A DNA stretch of 64,000 bases from Patescibacteria group bacterium UBA7435 (GTDB taxonomy: Bacteria > Patescibacteriota > Minisyncoccia > Phycocordibacterales > UBA918), in NCBI GenBank assembly GCA_002477545.1, contig DLQJ01000007.1:87188-151187 (forward strand), given 5' to 3'. The translations under genes were made by a program, and so were the position numbers. The notes under the pieces were generated by a model. It made no database searches, was not told where the DNA came from, and was given only the letters and a program-made list of their open reading frames with translations. The stretch's first letter is position 1, and every line of letters starts with the position of its first letter. Of this stretch, positions 47,267 through 56,817 are shown in pieces.

Positions 47267-47725
47267 TTACATCTGTTCATTCATGTGCTGTGGAGCTTCG
47301 GGGGTTTCTGGTACTGGTCGCGCAGTGACCACTGTTTCAGGAACCTCAGCGTGCGATTTGATCATGAGTGCAGCACCAATCATTGCCATCGCCACAAAAA
47401 ATTCTCGTACATCAAAGTATGAACTCATGACATTTGAAAAAATCGCCATGGCAAGCCACACAAGAGCAATAGCAGTCGCGCTTCGAGAGACCGCCTTGTT
47501 TACTGCGATACCGAACCCAGCGCCCGTGAAAATACATCCAACAAGAACCACCAGCAATGGTGCCAGCATATCAGGCACAAAACTGGGAGCCCAGCTGGCA
47601 AATGATTTTGCGTTAAGAATACTGTACAGCCCCAGCGCAAGAAAAGAAATACCAAACATCACTCTTCCCTGTACCATACTCGAGCCGAAGTCCTGTTTCA
47701 TTGCTTCATTAATTACGTCTTTCAT
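47267..47725 (-). CDS. DoxX-like membrane protein
   Basis: 4-TM 152-aa ORF. Confidence 0.5.
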   Translation of the reverse strand: MKDVINEAMKQDFGSSMVQGRVMFGISFLALGLYSILNAKSFASWAPSFVPDMLAPLLVVLVGCIFTGAGFGIAVNKAVSRSATAIALVWLAMAIFSNVMSSYFDVREFFVAMAMIGAALMIKSHAEVPETVVTARPVPETPEAPQHMNEQM

Positions 47726-47947
47726 AGAGAATATAATTAACTAATAACTCTCTATACCCTACTCCAATACATGGGTATTGCAAGGCATCTTCTGACCCAA
47801 TGTGCCGTATACTAAATATATGAAACAAGTCATTATTGCAGTAGGTTTGTTTATTGCATTACTCATCGTCAATGCATATCTTTCGTAGACACTACAAAAG
47901 AAATAATGTGTGATACTATAGCCGCCTAATAACAATAACTACCTACA

Positions 47948-48913
47948 ATGGACGAATACGCCATATCCCTTCTACTGATATTACTCTCTGCCCTTTTCTC
48001 GGGTCTTACCCTCGGGTATTTCACCCTCAACACGCAAAACCTTAAACGTCAGGCGAAACTTGGTAATGCAGAAGCTATTGCGATCCTTCCAGTGCGCACA
48101 AAAGGCAACCAGCTTCTTACCACCCTCCTTCTTGGAAATGTTGCGGTAAACGCAGCTCTTTCGGTTTATCTATCTTCATTGGCAAGTGGCCTTGTAGCGG
48201 CTCTTTCGGCGACTGTACTCATCTTCCTCTTTGGGGAAATTATTCCACAGGCGGTGCTCTCACGTCATGCCATGTGGTTTGGTTCTCGAGCTGCACCGTT
48301 TATTAAAATAGTGATGTTCATAACCGCTCCTGTGACACTCCCCATTGCTTGGGCACTTGACCGTCTCCTTGGTGAAGAAATGCAAACAACATACAGTGCT
48401 CACGAACTTATGGAAATTGTTTCTGAGCACGAAGATTCAGAACATAGCACGATTGATGAAGACGAAGAACGAATCGTGCATGGCGCACTACAATTCTCAC
48501 ACCGTACGGTACGTGAAGTGATGACATCCAAAGAAAAGGTTATTTCTTTTGAAATTAATCAGCGTCTTACTGAAAATTTTTTTGAGCTCGTTACTGATCA
48601 TGGTCACTCTCGGTATCCTATATATAGCGGAAATACCGAAAATATAACTGGTATGCTCTTCACTAAGGAACTCCTTACTGAAGACGACGGTATAACCATC
48701 GAAGAAACTGACGAAGCATACGAGGACACGTACATCACTGCACGTCCAAACGAAAAACTTGATGTGGTCCTAGCGCGCATGCTTAAAAAACATCAGCACA
48801 TGTGCATTGTGAAGAACAAGAACGACATGTTTATGGGAGTTATCACCCTTGAGGACATCATTGAAGAGATCATACAACAGGAAATTACCGATGAAGATGA
48901 TGAACCAAAATAA
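47948..48913 (+). CDS. CNNM/CorC-family protein (DUF21 TM domain plus CBS pair)
   Basis: N-terminal 4-TM DUF21; two CBS domains; acidic tail. Confidence 0.8.
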   Translation: MDEYAISLLLILLSALFSGLTLGYFTLNTQNLKRQAKLGNAEAIAILPVRTKGNQLLTTLLLGNVAVNAALSVYLSSLASGLVAALSATVLIFLFGEIIPQAVLSRHAMWFGSRAAPFIKIVMFITAPVTLPIAWALDRLLGEEMQTTYSAHELMEIVSEHEDSEHSTIDEDEERIVHGALQFSHRTVREVMTSKEKVISFEINQRLTENFFELVTDHGHSRYPIYSGNTENITGMLFTKELLTEDDGITIEETDEAYEDTYITARPNEKLDVVLARMLKKHQHMCIVKNKNDMFMGVITLEDIIEEIIQQEITDEDDEPK

Positions 48914-48948
48914 CAAAAAGGCCACTCTCTGAGAGTGGCCTTTTTTAC
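48914..48948. terminator. bidirectional terminator
   Basis: aaaaaggccactctc-t-gagagtggccttttttt. Confidence 0.8.
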
Positions 48949-49421
48949 TATCGGAGATTATCTTTTTCAAACTCCTTCTGTGAGTCTTTCTTTGACTTCA
49001 CAAACGTTTCGTACTTAAAGGCATACACCGCCACCAAACCAAGAGCCAGGCCAGCAAGGACCATCTGCATGTGTTCAGTGTAGGTCACAGAGTTGAAGAG
49101 TAACTCAAGGATACACGCGATGATACCGATTTCAAGCATAAACTTCATATCTATATGTCGAAACCTCATGTACTCAACGAGAATCCGATACGCCTTCATC
49201 AAGACAATCAAGACCGCAACGTTGTGAAGAAAATCTCCGTTAATAGTGTTAAAGATAGCCTGTCTCTCAGATGGTTCTAGGAAAACCGTATCAAACATTA
49301 ATAACGACACATCGAACATTCCTGATACGAATGCAATTAACATATAAACTACAAGAGCAAGTGCGGTGACAAATGCCACAAACGAAATACATCCGTTCAA
49401 AAAAGGTACTGTTCTTTCCAT
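48948..49421 (-). CDS. PsiE-like membrane protein
   Basis: 4-TM protein with a PsiE-like amphipathic central region. Confidence 0.45.
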   Translation of the reverse strand: MERTVPFLNGCISFVAFVTALALVVYMLIAFVSGMFDVSLLMFDTVFLEPSERQAIFNTINGDFLHNVAVLIVLMKAYRILVEYMRFRHIDMKFMLEIGIIACILELLFNSVTYTEHMQMVLAGLALGLVAVYAFKYETFVKSKKDSQKEFEKDNLR

Positions 49422-49510
49422 ATGTGTACTATCCTATCACGAGGTGATCCCTGTACGTCTTATTTTTTCCACGGTACACTTATAGTATATTATTTAACTA
49501 TATAAAAGTT

Positions 49511-49996
49511 ATGAAAGAGATTGCATCGTGGCGTCGAAATAAAAAGTCTCGACTCGGAATCATTGTTGGTCTATTGGTACTTGTAGCAATCATCGGTTTC
49601 TTCTTTGAAGCCACAAGAATCTGGATGATTGGAGTTGGCCTAGTGCTCTTAGTTGCACTTGGATTTGAGGCTGCTAATACTGATGTTGATCTTAACTCAG
49701 TAATGCAGGGCGAATCAATTTCTGACTCAGTTATTGAGCGGGATATTGATGGAAATCTAAAAGCATCAGAAGATGGTGGTTTCTTAACACGAGTATTGCG
49801 AGACAGAGAAGGTAACGTCGTAACTGAGGGTTCTGCAAATGCAAAGTACACGGATGAATACAACTGTGACGACTTCAATACACAACCTGAAGCACAACGC
49901 TTTTATGAAAAAGCCGGCGGTGTTGAAGGAGATGTAAATAGACTCGACGGCAACAAAGACGGGGTTGCCTGTCAAGCACTTCCAGCAGGAACATAA
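49511..49996 (+). CDS. membrane-anchored protein with C-terminal Excalibur Ca-binding domain
   Basis: [36 protein letters not shown] motif. Confidence 0.65.
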   Translation: MKEIASWRRNKKSRLGIIVGLLVLVAIIGFFFEATRIWMIGVGLVLLVALGFEAANTDVDLNSVMQGESISDSVIERDIDGNLKASEDGGFLTRVLRDREGNVVTEGSANAKYTDEYNCDDFNTQPEAQRFYEKAGGVEGDVNRLDGNKDGVACQALPAGT

Positions 49997-50001
49997 ACAC
50001 A

Positions 50002-50036
50002 TTAAAAACCGCCTCATCACGAGGTGGTTTTTCTGA
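50002..50036 (+). terminator. rho-independent terminator
   Basis: aaccgcctc-atcac-gaggtggtt then TTTTCTG. Confidence 0.7.
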
Positions 50037-50071
50037 TACAATAGATTTCTATCAAAATAGTAATACAAGCT

Positions 50072-50479
50072 ATGTCATATTCAATTGAAGAAGTTGAAGG
50101 AATTGGACCAGAATTTGGTCAAAAACTACGAGCTGTAGACATCCAGACTACAGAGGATTTACTACGACGTTGTGGAGACAAAAAAGGACGAGAGGGGGTT
50201 TCCACAGAAACGGGTATCAGTGAAAAGCATTTACTGGAATGGGTAAACCTTTCCGACCTTATGCGCATCAATGGTGTTGGTGAAGAATTTGCTGACCTAC
50301 TTGAAGAAGCAGGTGTAGATACGGTAAAAGAACTCGCTACGCGTAATGCAGAAAATCTAGCAGTTGCACTGGCGGAGTGTAACGAAAAGAAGAATCTGAC
50401 TAATCGTGTACCTTCTGCTGAAACAGTTCAGAAGTGGATTGATGAGGCCGGAACTATGGATGCTGTTGTGAGTCACTAG
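50072..50479 (+). CDS. HhH-repeat (DUF4332-like) protein
   Basis: Two VEGIGPEFGQKL / INGVGEEFADLL helix-hairpin-helix-like repeats. Confidence 0.45.
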   Translation: MSYSIEEVEGIGPEFGQKLRAVDIQTTEDLLRRCGDKKGREGVSTETGISEKHLLEWVNLSDLMRINGVGEEFADLLEEAGVDTVKELATRNAENLAVALAECNEKKNLTNRVPSAETVQKWIDEAGTMDAVVSH

Positions 50480-50491
50480 TTCAAACAGACA

Positions 50492-50535
50492 AAAGTAAAT
50501 GGCTGAGAGTTTCACTCTCAGCCATTTACTTTTGG
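50492..50535 (+). terminator. rho-independent terminator
   Basis: 18-bp stem aaagtaaatggctgagag / ctctcagccatttacttt. Confidence 0.8.
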
Positions 50536-50602
50536 TATTAAATATGTTATAATACTTTCGGAAAGCTGGTACGAAAATCAGCTAAAAAGAGAGGCAGCTC
50601 CA

Positions 50603-50995
50603 ATGATTAATGTATTATCACTAGGCACAATCGTGGCTCTACAGTGCTTATGTCCAGAATGGGATGGTGTGACTACTTATCCCTATGTTGAGGATGTTAT
50701 CTATCCTGATGACGGACTTGAGTATCGTGAGTTGCAAAAACCCGTGATTACAGGTGTACACCCAAAGTTCGTTGAAACTATTGGTGACACCGACTACATC
50801 ACCTGCGAACTAGAGATCGATTATCGAGTTCTTGAAAAGGGTGAGGGTATCTACACTGAAGGAGATAGTTTCGGTGAAGTGGAGTATCTTGGAATTTTTC
50901 ATCACCCTGATGACATTCCGGCATATGTCGCAACCTACGGATGTGAACTTACGGAAACCCCTGATCTTGAAGGACAGGATGTCTCACAAGAATAA
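50603..50995 (+). CDS. hypothetical protein (130 aa)
   Basis: ORF with an SD-like aagagagg upstream. Confidence 0.45.
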   Translation: MINVLSLGTIVALQCLCPEWDGVTTYPYVEDVIYPDDGLEYRELQKPVITGVHPKFVETIGDTDYITCELEIDYRVLEKGEGIYTEGDSFGEVEYLGIFHHPDDIPAYVATYGCELTETPDLEGQDVSQE

Positions 50996-50996
50996 C

Positions 50997-51028
50997 GAAA
51001 AAGGCGCTCCGATTTGAGCGCCTTTTCC
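50997..51028 (+). terminator. rho-independent terminator
   Basis: aaaaggcgctc-cgattt-gagcgcctttt. Confidence 0.75.
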
Positions 51029-51098
51029 ATTAATTTTAAAGAAATCAACTGTACAAGAAAATGGATCTGTGAGAAGGTTCAACTAAGGAGGATTTGAA

Positions 51099-51374
51099 AT
51101 GAAAAATATTATTGTAATACTTGCGTTGTTGTTCACAGTGAACATGGCACATGCGGATATCATTTTTGTGAAAATATCTGGTGTTTCAGTTACACGAGTA
51201 GAGTTATATGATATAAAAAGCTACCATGGCAACCACTGTTTAGCTCAGCTTGCTTTTCCCAAAGAGAAGACACTAGACCATAAAATATACAGAGGCGAAG
51301 TGGCCTACACGAGCAAGCAACAAATCATTAACGCAATAGATGCAGAATCGTGTAAAATGAAAGACGGTTCATGA
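51099..51374 (+). CDS. small secreted protein
   Basis: Strong SD AAGGAGG; signal peptide MKNIIVILALLFTVNMAHA. Confidence 0.55.
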   Translation: MKNIIVILALLFTVNMAHADIIFVKISGVSVTRVELYDIKSYHGNHCLAQLAFPKEKTLDHKIYRGEVAYTSKQQIINAIDAESCKMKDGS

Positions 51375-51378
51375 TACT

Positions 51379-51406
51379 AAGAGCGACCCCTGGGTCGCTC
51401 TTTTAT
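51379..51406 (+). terminator. rho-independent terminator
   Basis: gagcgacc-cctg-ggtcgctc then TTTTAT. Confidence 0.75.
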
Positions 51407-51426
51407 ATATATGGTACGCTACACGC

Positions 51427-52242
51427 ATGCAAAAGTATTTATCTCTAGAAAAAAAAGTCGGACAGACTCCCCTGCAATGTGTTGAACTATACAAATCTAC
51501 ACACCCAGAACTACAAGGTGTGTCTATGTCGTATGCGGGACGTCTAGACCCAATGGCTTCAGGAACACTTCTTATTCTATTGGGTGAGGAATGTAAGAAT
51601 CAAAAGGAGTATCATAATCTTGATAAAGAATACGAATTCGAAATTCTTTTTGGCCTTTCTTCTGACACCGCTGATGTACTTGGTCGACTTACTGAAAATA
51701 CTGAGCTTCCTACAATCACTCAGGAACAAATCAAAAAAGTGACCAAAGGACTTATTGGTGAGCTAGACCTTCCCTACCCACACTTCTCTTCCAAGACGGT
51801 ACAGGGGAAACCATTACACACATGGACACTTGAGGGTCGTATTGATGAAATAGAAATCCCTACGAAAAAATCACAGATTCACACACTAACATGCACTAAT
51901 CTATACAAAGAGACACGAAAGCAGGTGTACACATATGCAAGTACTAAAATTGAAACAATTCCTCCAGTTACTGAACTACGTAAAGCTATTGGTAACGACT
52001 TCCGCAGAGTTGACGTCCGTAAGGATTGGGAGACATTTATTGAAAATGGTTCCTTTGAAGATATCTTTTATGTTGCAACGTTTACCTGTACCGCTTCTTC
52101 AGGTACATACATGCGCACGTTAGCTGAGGTCATCGCAAAAGCGTGTGACACTACGGGACTCGCATATGCTATCCACCGAAATACCGTAGGTACATACAAG
52201 AAACTTCCCTTGCTTGGTGGAATTTGGACTAAGAAATATTAA
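51427..52242 (+). CDS. truB: tRNA pseudouridine(55) synthase TruB-like
   Basis: GRLDPMASGTLLILLGE catalytic Asp motif; TruB length. Confidence 0.7.
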   Translation: MQKYLSLEKKVGQTPLQCVELYKSTHPELQGVSMSYAGRLDPMASGTLLILLGEECKNQKEYHNLDKEYEFEILFGLSSDTADVLGRLTENTELPTITQEQIKKVTKGLIGELDLPYPHFSSKTVQGKPLHTWTLEGRIDEIEIPTKKSQIHTLTCTNLYKETRKQVYTYASTKIETIPPVTELRKAIGNDFRRVDVRKDWETFIENGSFEDIFYVATFTCTASSGTYMRTLAEVIAKACDTTGLAYAIHRNTVGTYKKLPLLGGIWTKKY

Positions 52243-52994
52243 TACGGACGATCACCATTGTTGCCCGATGGATTGTACTGACAGACCCACATTTGAGTTA
52301 AGCGATCACCATCATCGCACACTGACACTCCACATCCAACTTGTGTTGTTTCTTTCCAAACTGCCTGAGTGTAATGTCCACATTGCTCACCTGCCTGACA
52401 GGTGTTTTTGCTGTAATTGTAATACTGCTCTTCATCAAGCCACCAGAAAACAGCTTGGGTTGGGTCGAGTGTCTGAGTCTTTGCGGTAGTCCAACTGAAA
52501 TACAAGTTTTCTCCATACGGCCCATCACTGTGCTCAAGAATACAACCTCGACCAGCTAGATTATCAGCCCATGCTTGGGCACTTTTAGCCACTGAAGGTG
52601 CATAGGTCAATGGAGACAGGCCTTTGCCTGCACGAGTAGTGTTATGTCCAGCAAGGATGCTCTGAATATGTACCGAAGTGACTCCAGACATCGAAGGAGT
52701 AGGTACAGGGGATGGTGGCACAATCTCCTCCTTCTCTTGGTTTGGTGTAACGGGAACCACCATAGGGACAACCGCAGACTCAGTCTCCTGTGTCTCTAAA
52801 TCAAGCACAGAACTTGATGCCGAACTATGTATAGCATCAGTTGTTGTAGTCAGAGATGTTTGATCCTCAATCTTGTCAGAATCGGAGATAACGGCAGTTG
52901 TATCAGTTGTATTTTTACCAAAAATAAATATAAGCACCATACACAATACTGCAAGGACAATAAGTATTTCCCAAATATATTTTGATACCTTCAT
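52239..52994 (-). CDS. CAP/SCP/PR1-domain secreted protein
   Basis: TM anchor, Thr-rich linker; CAP motifs HNTTR, GHYTQAVW, CGHY. Confidence 0.8.
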   Translation of the reverse strand: MKVSKYIWEILIVLAVLCMVLIFIFGKNTTDTTAVISDSDKIEDQTSLTTTTDAIHSSASSSVLDLETQETESAVVPMVVPVTPNQEKEEIVPPSPVPTPSMSGVTSVHIQSILAGHNTTRAGKGLSPLTYAPSVAKSAQAWADNLAGRGCILEHSDGPYGENLYFSWTTAKTQTLDPTQAVFWWLDEEQYYNYSKNTCQAGEQCGHYTQAVWKETTQVGCGVSVCDDGDRLTQMWVCQYNPSGNNGDRPY

Positions 52995-53034
52995 ATCTTT
53001 CTAAAATACCACAACTGGTACCTCTTGGTAAGAA

Positions 53035-55011
53035 CTATTTTTTTTCTGAAAGCTCAGCATGTTTCTTCAAATACTCGTCAACAGTAATAACAAACTCAGC
53101 ATGACTCCACGTCAACGGTGCAGTAGAAAGATGTTCGCCGGTGTGCGGGTGCATCTGCTCAGCAAGTACGCCACTTTCAGTTGCATGCTCGCATGTCCAT
53201 TCTAAAATCTGGTACGCTTGCTCTAAGCCTTTAAGACTCTCTGCGGCCATAATGCAGTACTGTGCCATCCATAAGGTTGTAATCACCCAAGGGTTTGGAG
53301 TCCCCGTGTCTTGCAGAGTGTAGTAGGTATCATTTTCATACCGTACATATCCGATGCTTTTGGCATCTACTCGTAATCGGTCTTCAACGGTCTGTAGTGC
53401 TTTACGTACACGCGGATCATGTGGCTCTACTACTCCGAAGTACACGGGGCCAAAGAAACTACTCATATCAACCGTCGTGTCTCGAACATCGTCTTTATCA
53501 TCATATGCACGAATCTGCTTAATGAACATCCCCTGCTCTTCATCATATAAATGTTCCATGATCGCACCTTGGATTCGCTGTGCCACAGCACTATAGGTAC
53601 GTGCAGCTTCTTCTTTACCAAGCATATTTGCAAACTGTGCTGCGCTACTTAACGCAGCGTACACGGACGATGCTGTATAGGTTGAAATACCAAACTTTTC
53701 TTCCCAGAGATCAAATGAATTATTTGGAAGACCCAGACGTGACTCTACAAATTCGGTCATGAAGTCTGCTGCTTTTTCGATAAACGGATTATAGAGTGAT
53801 TCAATATATTCCAAGTCTTTAGCGATCTCATAGTGCTTCCAAAGCATATGAAGCACCAACGCAGTTTCGTCTTCTTGAATTGGAAACTCTGGTTCACCTT
53901 CAATAATCCACGGATGCCAAGAACTTCCTAGACATCCATCAGAACGATACTTGTGCATGAAATATCCACCGCGCTCCAACTTGTCCGTCATAAACGTAAA
54001 GAAGCGTCGAGCGACATCAGAGTGTCCTGTGCGATCAAGTGAGTTAGCAATCAAAGCAGCATCGCGTGGCCACACATAACTATATGTGTCTCGGCCATGA
54101 TGCAACATATCGGTGTCACTTGAGGCAATGATTCCCCCTCGGTTATCAGTATGTACACGAATAGTGGTGAGCGAACGTTTATAGAGTGTTTGCAACGGTA
54201 CAGATAAGAGCGAGAGATCACGCTCGTCAGCATCCACCCACGCCTTCCAATAGTTTTCCGTTGATCGCAACAAACGTTTTGGTGTTTCTTCTAACACATA
54301 CGCATTAAGGTCGTGTGCTTCTGCCATATCTTCAGCGCACACAATCCAATAATCAATATCAGCAGATTTTTTTGCGTTTAGTTTAACTTCAACGCCGATA
54401 ACTGAATCAACCGACCCATGTTCAATAGGATTCTTTTCAAGAATGCCATCATTGGCGTCAAAATAGGTACCTTCTCTTCCTTCAATACCAAACAGTCCAA
54501 TATTGTATTCAGTGAATTGCTTTCCCTCATGCATGGCGTTCATAAGAAACGTATGCTTTCCTTTATAGTGAATTACCGCATTTACTCGAGGATCATAAAA
54601 ACCAGTGTCTCCCCTGCGCGATTCTGAAATACGAAACTGCTGTGAGAAAAATACTTTCACCGCGCGCGTATCTTTAGTCATATTTGTGACCGTAAATGAG
54701 CGGATAAAAACGTTCTTTTCATTATGTACAATATCAACACTTGAAAGCGTAATACCTAGTTCGTTGTTTACCGCACTCATAGTACCCACCACTGTCTCAG
54801 CGTCACACCCTACGGTGATCTGCCACTGTGGGTCATCTAACCATGAAATAGTATCATCAACGTAAATACCGATACGGTGTACAAAACTTCCACTTGCTCC
54901 ACTGATATGGTTGCTAAACCCGACAAACGGATAGTACAGATCACGAACCTGCCCACGGTAATCTAACCCGACAAGTATGTTTCCGTTTCCTAATGTGACT
55001 GCTCGTGACAT
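53035..55011 (-). CDS. glycoside hydrolase family 15 (glucoamylase / glucodextranase / trehalase-like)
   Basis: 658 aa; (alpha/alpha)6 core with YSYVWPRDAA, DLWEE and LTWSHAE. Confidence 0.8.
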   Translation of the reverse strand: MSRAVTLGNGNILVGLDYRGQVRDLYYPFVGFSNHISGASGSFVHRIGIYVDDTISWLDDPQWQITVGCDAETVVGTMSAVNNELGITLSSVDIVHNEKNVFIRSFTVTNMTKDTRAVKVFFSQQFRISESRRGDTGFYDPRVNAVIHYKGKHTFLMNAMHEGKQFTEYNIGLFGIEGREGTYFDANDGILEKNPIEHGSVDSVIGVEVKLNAKKSADIDYWIVCAEDMAEAHDLNAYVLEETPKRLLRSTENYWKAWVDADERDLSLLSVPLQTLYKRSLTTIRVHTDNRGGIIASSDTDMLHHGRDTYSYVWPRDAALIANSLDRTGHSDVARRFFTFMTDKLERGGYFMHKYRSDGCLGSSWHPWIIEGEPEFPIQEDETALVLHMLWKHYEIAKDLEYIESLYNPFIEKAADFMTEFVESRLGLPNNSFDLWEEKFGISTYTASSVYAALSSAAQFANMLGKEEAARTYSAVAQRIQGAIMEHLYDEEQGMFIKQIRAYDDKDDVRDTTVDMSSFFGPVYFGVVEPHDPRVRKALQTVEDRLRVDAKSIGYVRYENDTYYTLQDTGTPNPWVITTLWMAQYCIMAAESLKGLEQAYQILEWTCEHATESGVLAEQMHPHTGEHLSTAPLTWSHAEFVITVDEYLKKHAELSEKK

Positions 55012-55014
55012 ATA

Positions 55015-55479
55015 TTAAAAACTGTAATTACGTAAGGTGCGTACTATGACTGTTCGCGCTGAAGATGGCTTGCGACTTCGACGTAGCTCATCGGCACAAG
55101 TTTCATCTTTAAGAATATGCTCTACCCAATCTGCGAAGTCATTTTTTTCTTTAGTTACATGGTGCAGAAACACTTCCTCCTGCATAGATCCAAACGCCAT
55201 CTGTAGATGATTAAGATCTTCCAAAACTTTTCCGTCAGTTGTCCAGAAGCAATGTTCAGGGTCGGCACACACTAGAGCTCGCACTTGTTTCTTATTTCCG
55301 GATACCTTCTTTGCAGGTGCCTTCTTTGCTGCTTTTTTGACAGCTTTTTTAGGAGTTGATTTCTTCACAGTTTTCTTAGCTACTTTTTTTACAGCTGTTT
55401 TTTTCACTGCTTTTGAAGCAGTTTTTTTAGGAGCGATTTTCTCTCCCACTTTTTTTGAAACTTTTTTAAATATAGACAT
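55015..55479 (-). CDS. histone H1-like Lys/Ala-repeat protein with Cys/His-containing C-terminal domain
   Basis: N-terminal (A/T/V)KK(A/T/V) repeats over ~65 aa; C-terminal VCADPEHCFW...H..H domain; lies between the GH15 and GH57 genes. Confidence 0.55.
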   Translation of the reverse strand: MSIFKKVSKKVGEKIAPKKTASKAVKKTAVKKVAKKTVKKSTPKKAVKKAAKKAPAKKVSGNKKQVRALVCADPEHCFWTTDGKVLEDLNHLQMAFGSMQEEVFLHHVTKEKNDFADWVEHILKDETCADELRRSRKPSSARTVIVRTLRNYSF

Positions 55480-55484
55480 AAGAA

Positions 55485-56816
55485 CTAATTAGAAAACTTG
55501 ATAAAGAGTAACGCGCGCGTCACGAGGTGTTTCAGATACTGCACGATACGTTCGTACCATGGCATCATCACCTCCTGAGAATCCTCTGCATTAATCATCT
55601 CTTCTTGTTGCTTTTGAGCAACTGCATGTTGTACTCGTAATTGTAAGTCACTTAAGGCATTCATGAAAGCGACATACGCATCATATGGGGATTCGTATGG
55701 AGAGAAATACGCATGCACATCTCCATCATCTGACCACTTTGTACACATATAGTAGAAATGATCGGAAGTTTGTAACTTACGCCAGACTTCAACAAGTTCG
55801 GTATCTCCCGTAGACATCACATCTTTCTCCATTCCATAGATTGCCGCTATGGCATCTTTTTGAATGTCGTTACCTGTCCATGCAGTTAAATCGCGGTCAG
55901 TATCTGCCCACGTAAGAATATCTGGTACATCAATCTCCCCTACTGAATCATAGCTTTCAATGGTTTCTGATGGAGTTTTAAATGAAGTGTCTGGGTGACG
56001 TAATAAAATTTCGGGTAATGCACTAATGAAATTAAAAATTCCTGTGTCCTCCCACTGGTGTTCACCAAAGGTCTCATAATCCATAAAGAGGTTAATTGTA
56101 TTCCCATCCCCATGATGTGCATGAATCCAGTCAGCGTACGTCTCAGCGGTTAGAGGATGACTTGCCCATCCTTTATTACCAAAACGAAAGGCTACGTCAT
56201 CAGAGAGCTTATAGTTCTTAAGCAGTACCTTGATACGATTACATCCAACCGGTGAGTACACATGATTAGGACTACGCCATCCTAAGACCGGGTCCCAACC
56301 CTCAGCCATGATCCCTAGGTACCCATTGTCTTCACACCATTTAGCCAGATCGTTACGATACGACAGCTCTGTATTGCGGAACACACGCGGTGACACTCCA
56401 AACAACTCATGTACACGCTTTGCGTGTTGCGCTACTTGTCGTTCAAATTCAGGTACTGAGTAGAAGAATGCAAGTGAGTGATGATAGGTATCTGCAAGAA
56501 TTTCAACACGTCCGGTTGCTACTAGCTTTTGAAAACTTTCCAAAACATCAGGTGCATACGCCTCAAACTGGTCGAGTACAGTTCCAGAAAATGAAAGTGC
56601 GAAACAAAACTCGGGATGCTTCTCGAGAAGTTCCATAAGCTTTGCGTTCATTGGACGGTATGACTTATGTGCCACTTTCTCTATAATCTTCCGATTATTC
56701 AAATCAGCTTCAGAAGAATCATTAAAATACTCGTTATCGTTACCTATATCAAAAACCCGGAATTTCTTAATCCGATACGGTTGATGTACATGAAAATAAG
56801 GACAGACAGTTAACAT
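55485..56816 (-). CDS. glycoside hydrolase family 57 alpha-glucan enzyme
   Basis: N-terminal HQP motif; FMDYETFGEH catalytic region. Confidence 0.75.
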   Translation of the reverse strand: MLTVCPYFHVHQPYRIKKFRVFDIGNDNEYFNDSSEADLNNRKIIEKVAHKSYRPMNAKLMELLEKHPEFCFALSFSGTVLDQFEAYAPDVLESFQKLVATGRVEILADTYHHSLAFFYSVPEFERQVAQHAKRVHELFGVSPRVFRNTELSYRNDLAKWCEDNGYLGIMAEGWDPVLGWRSPNHVYSPVGCNRIKVLLKNYKLSDDVAFRFGNKGWASHPLTAETYADWIHAHHGDGNTINLFMDYETFGEHQWEDTGIFNFISALPEILLRHPDTSFKTPSETIESYDSVGEIDVPDILTWADTDRDLTAWTGNDIQKDAIAAIYGMEKDVMSTGDTELVEVWRKLQTSDHFYYMCTKWSDDGDVHAYFSPYESPYDAYVAFMNALSDLQLRVQHAVAQKQQEEMINAEDSQEVMMPWYERIVQYLKHLVTRALLFIKFSN

Positions 56817-56817
56817 A

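Noticed and set aside
47828-47896. 22-codon hydrophobic mini-ORF upstream of the CorC-family gene
   Set aside because: Too short to support. It could be a leader peptide, but there is no evidence beyond the ORF itself.
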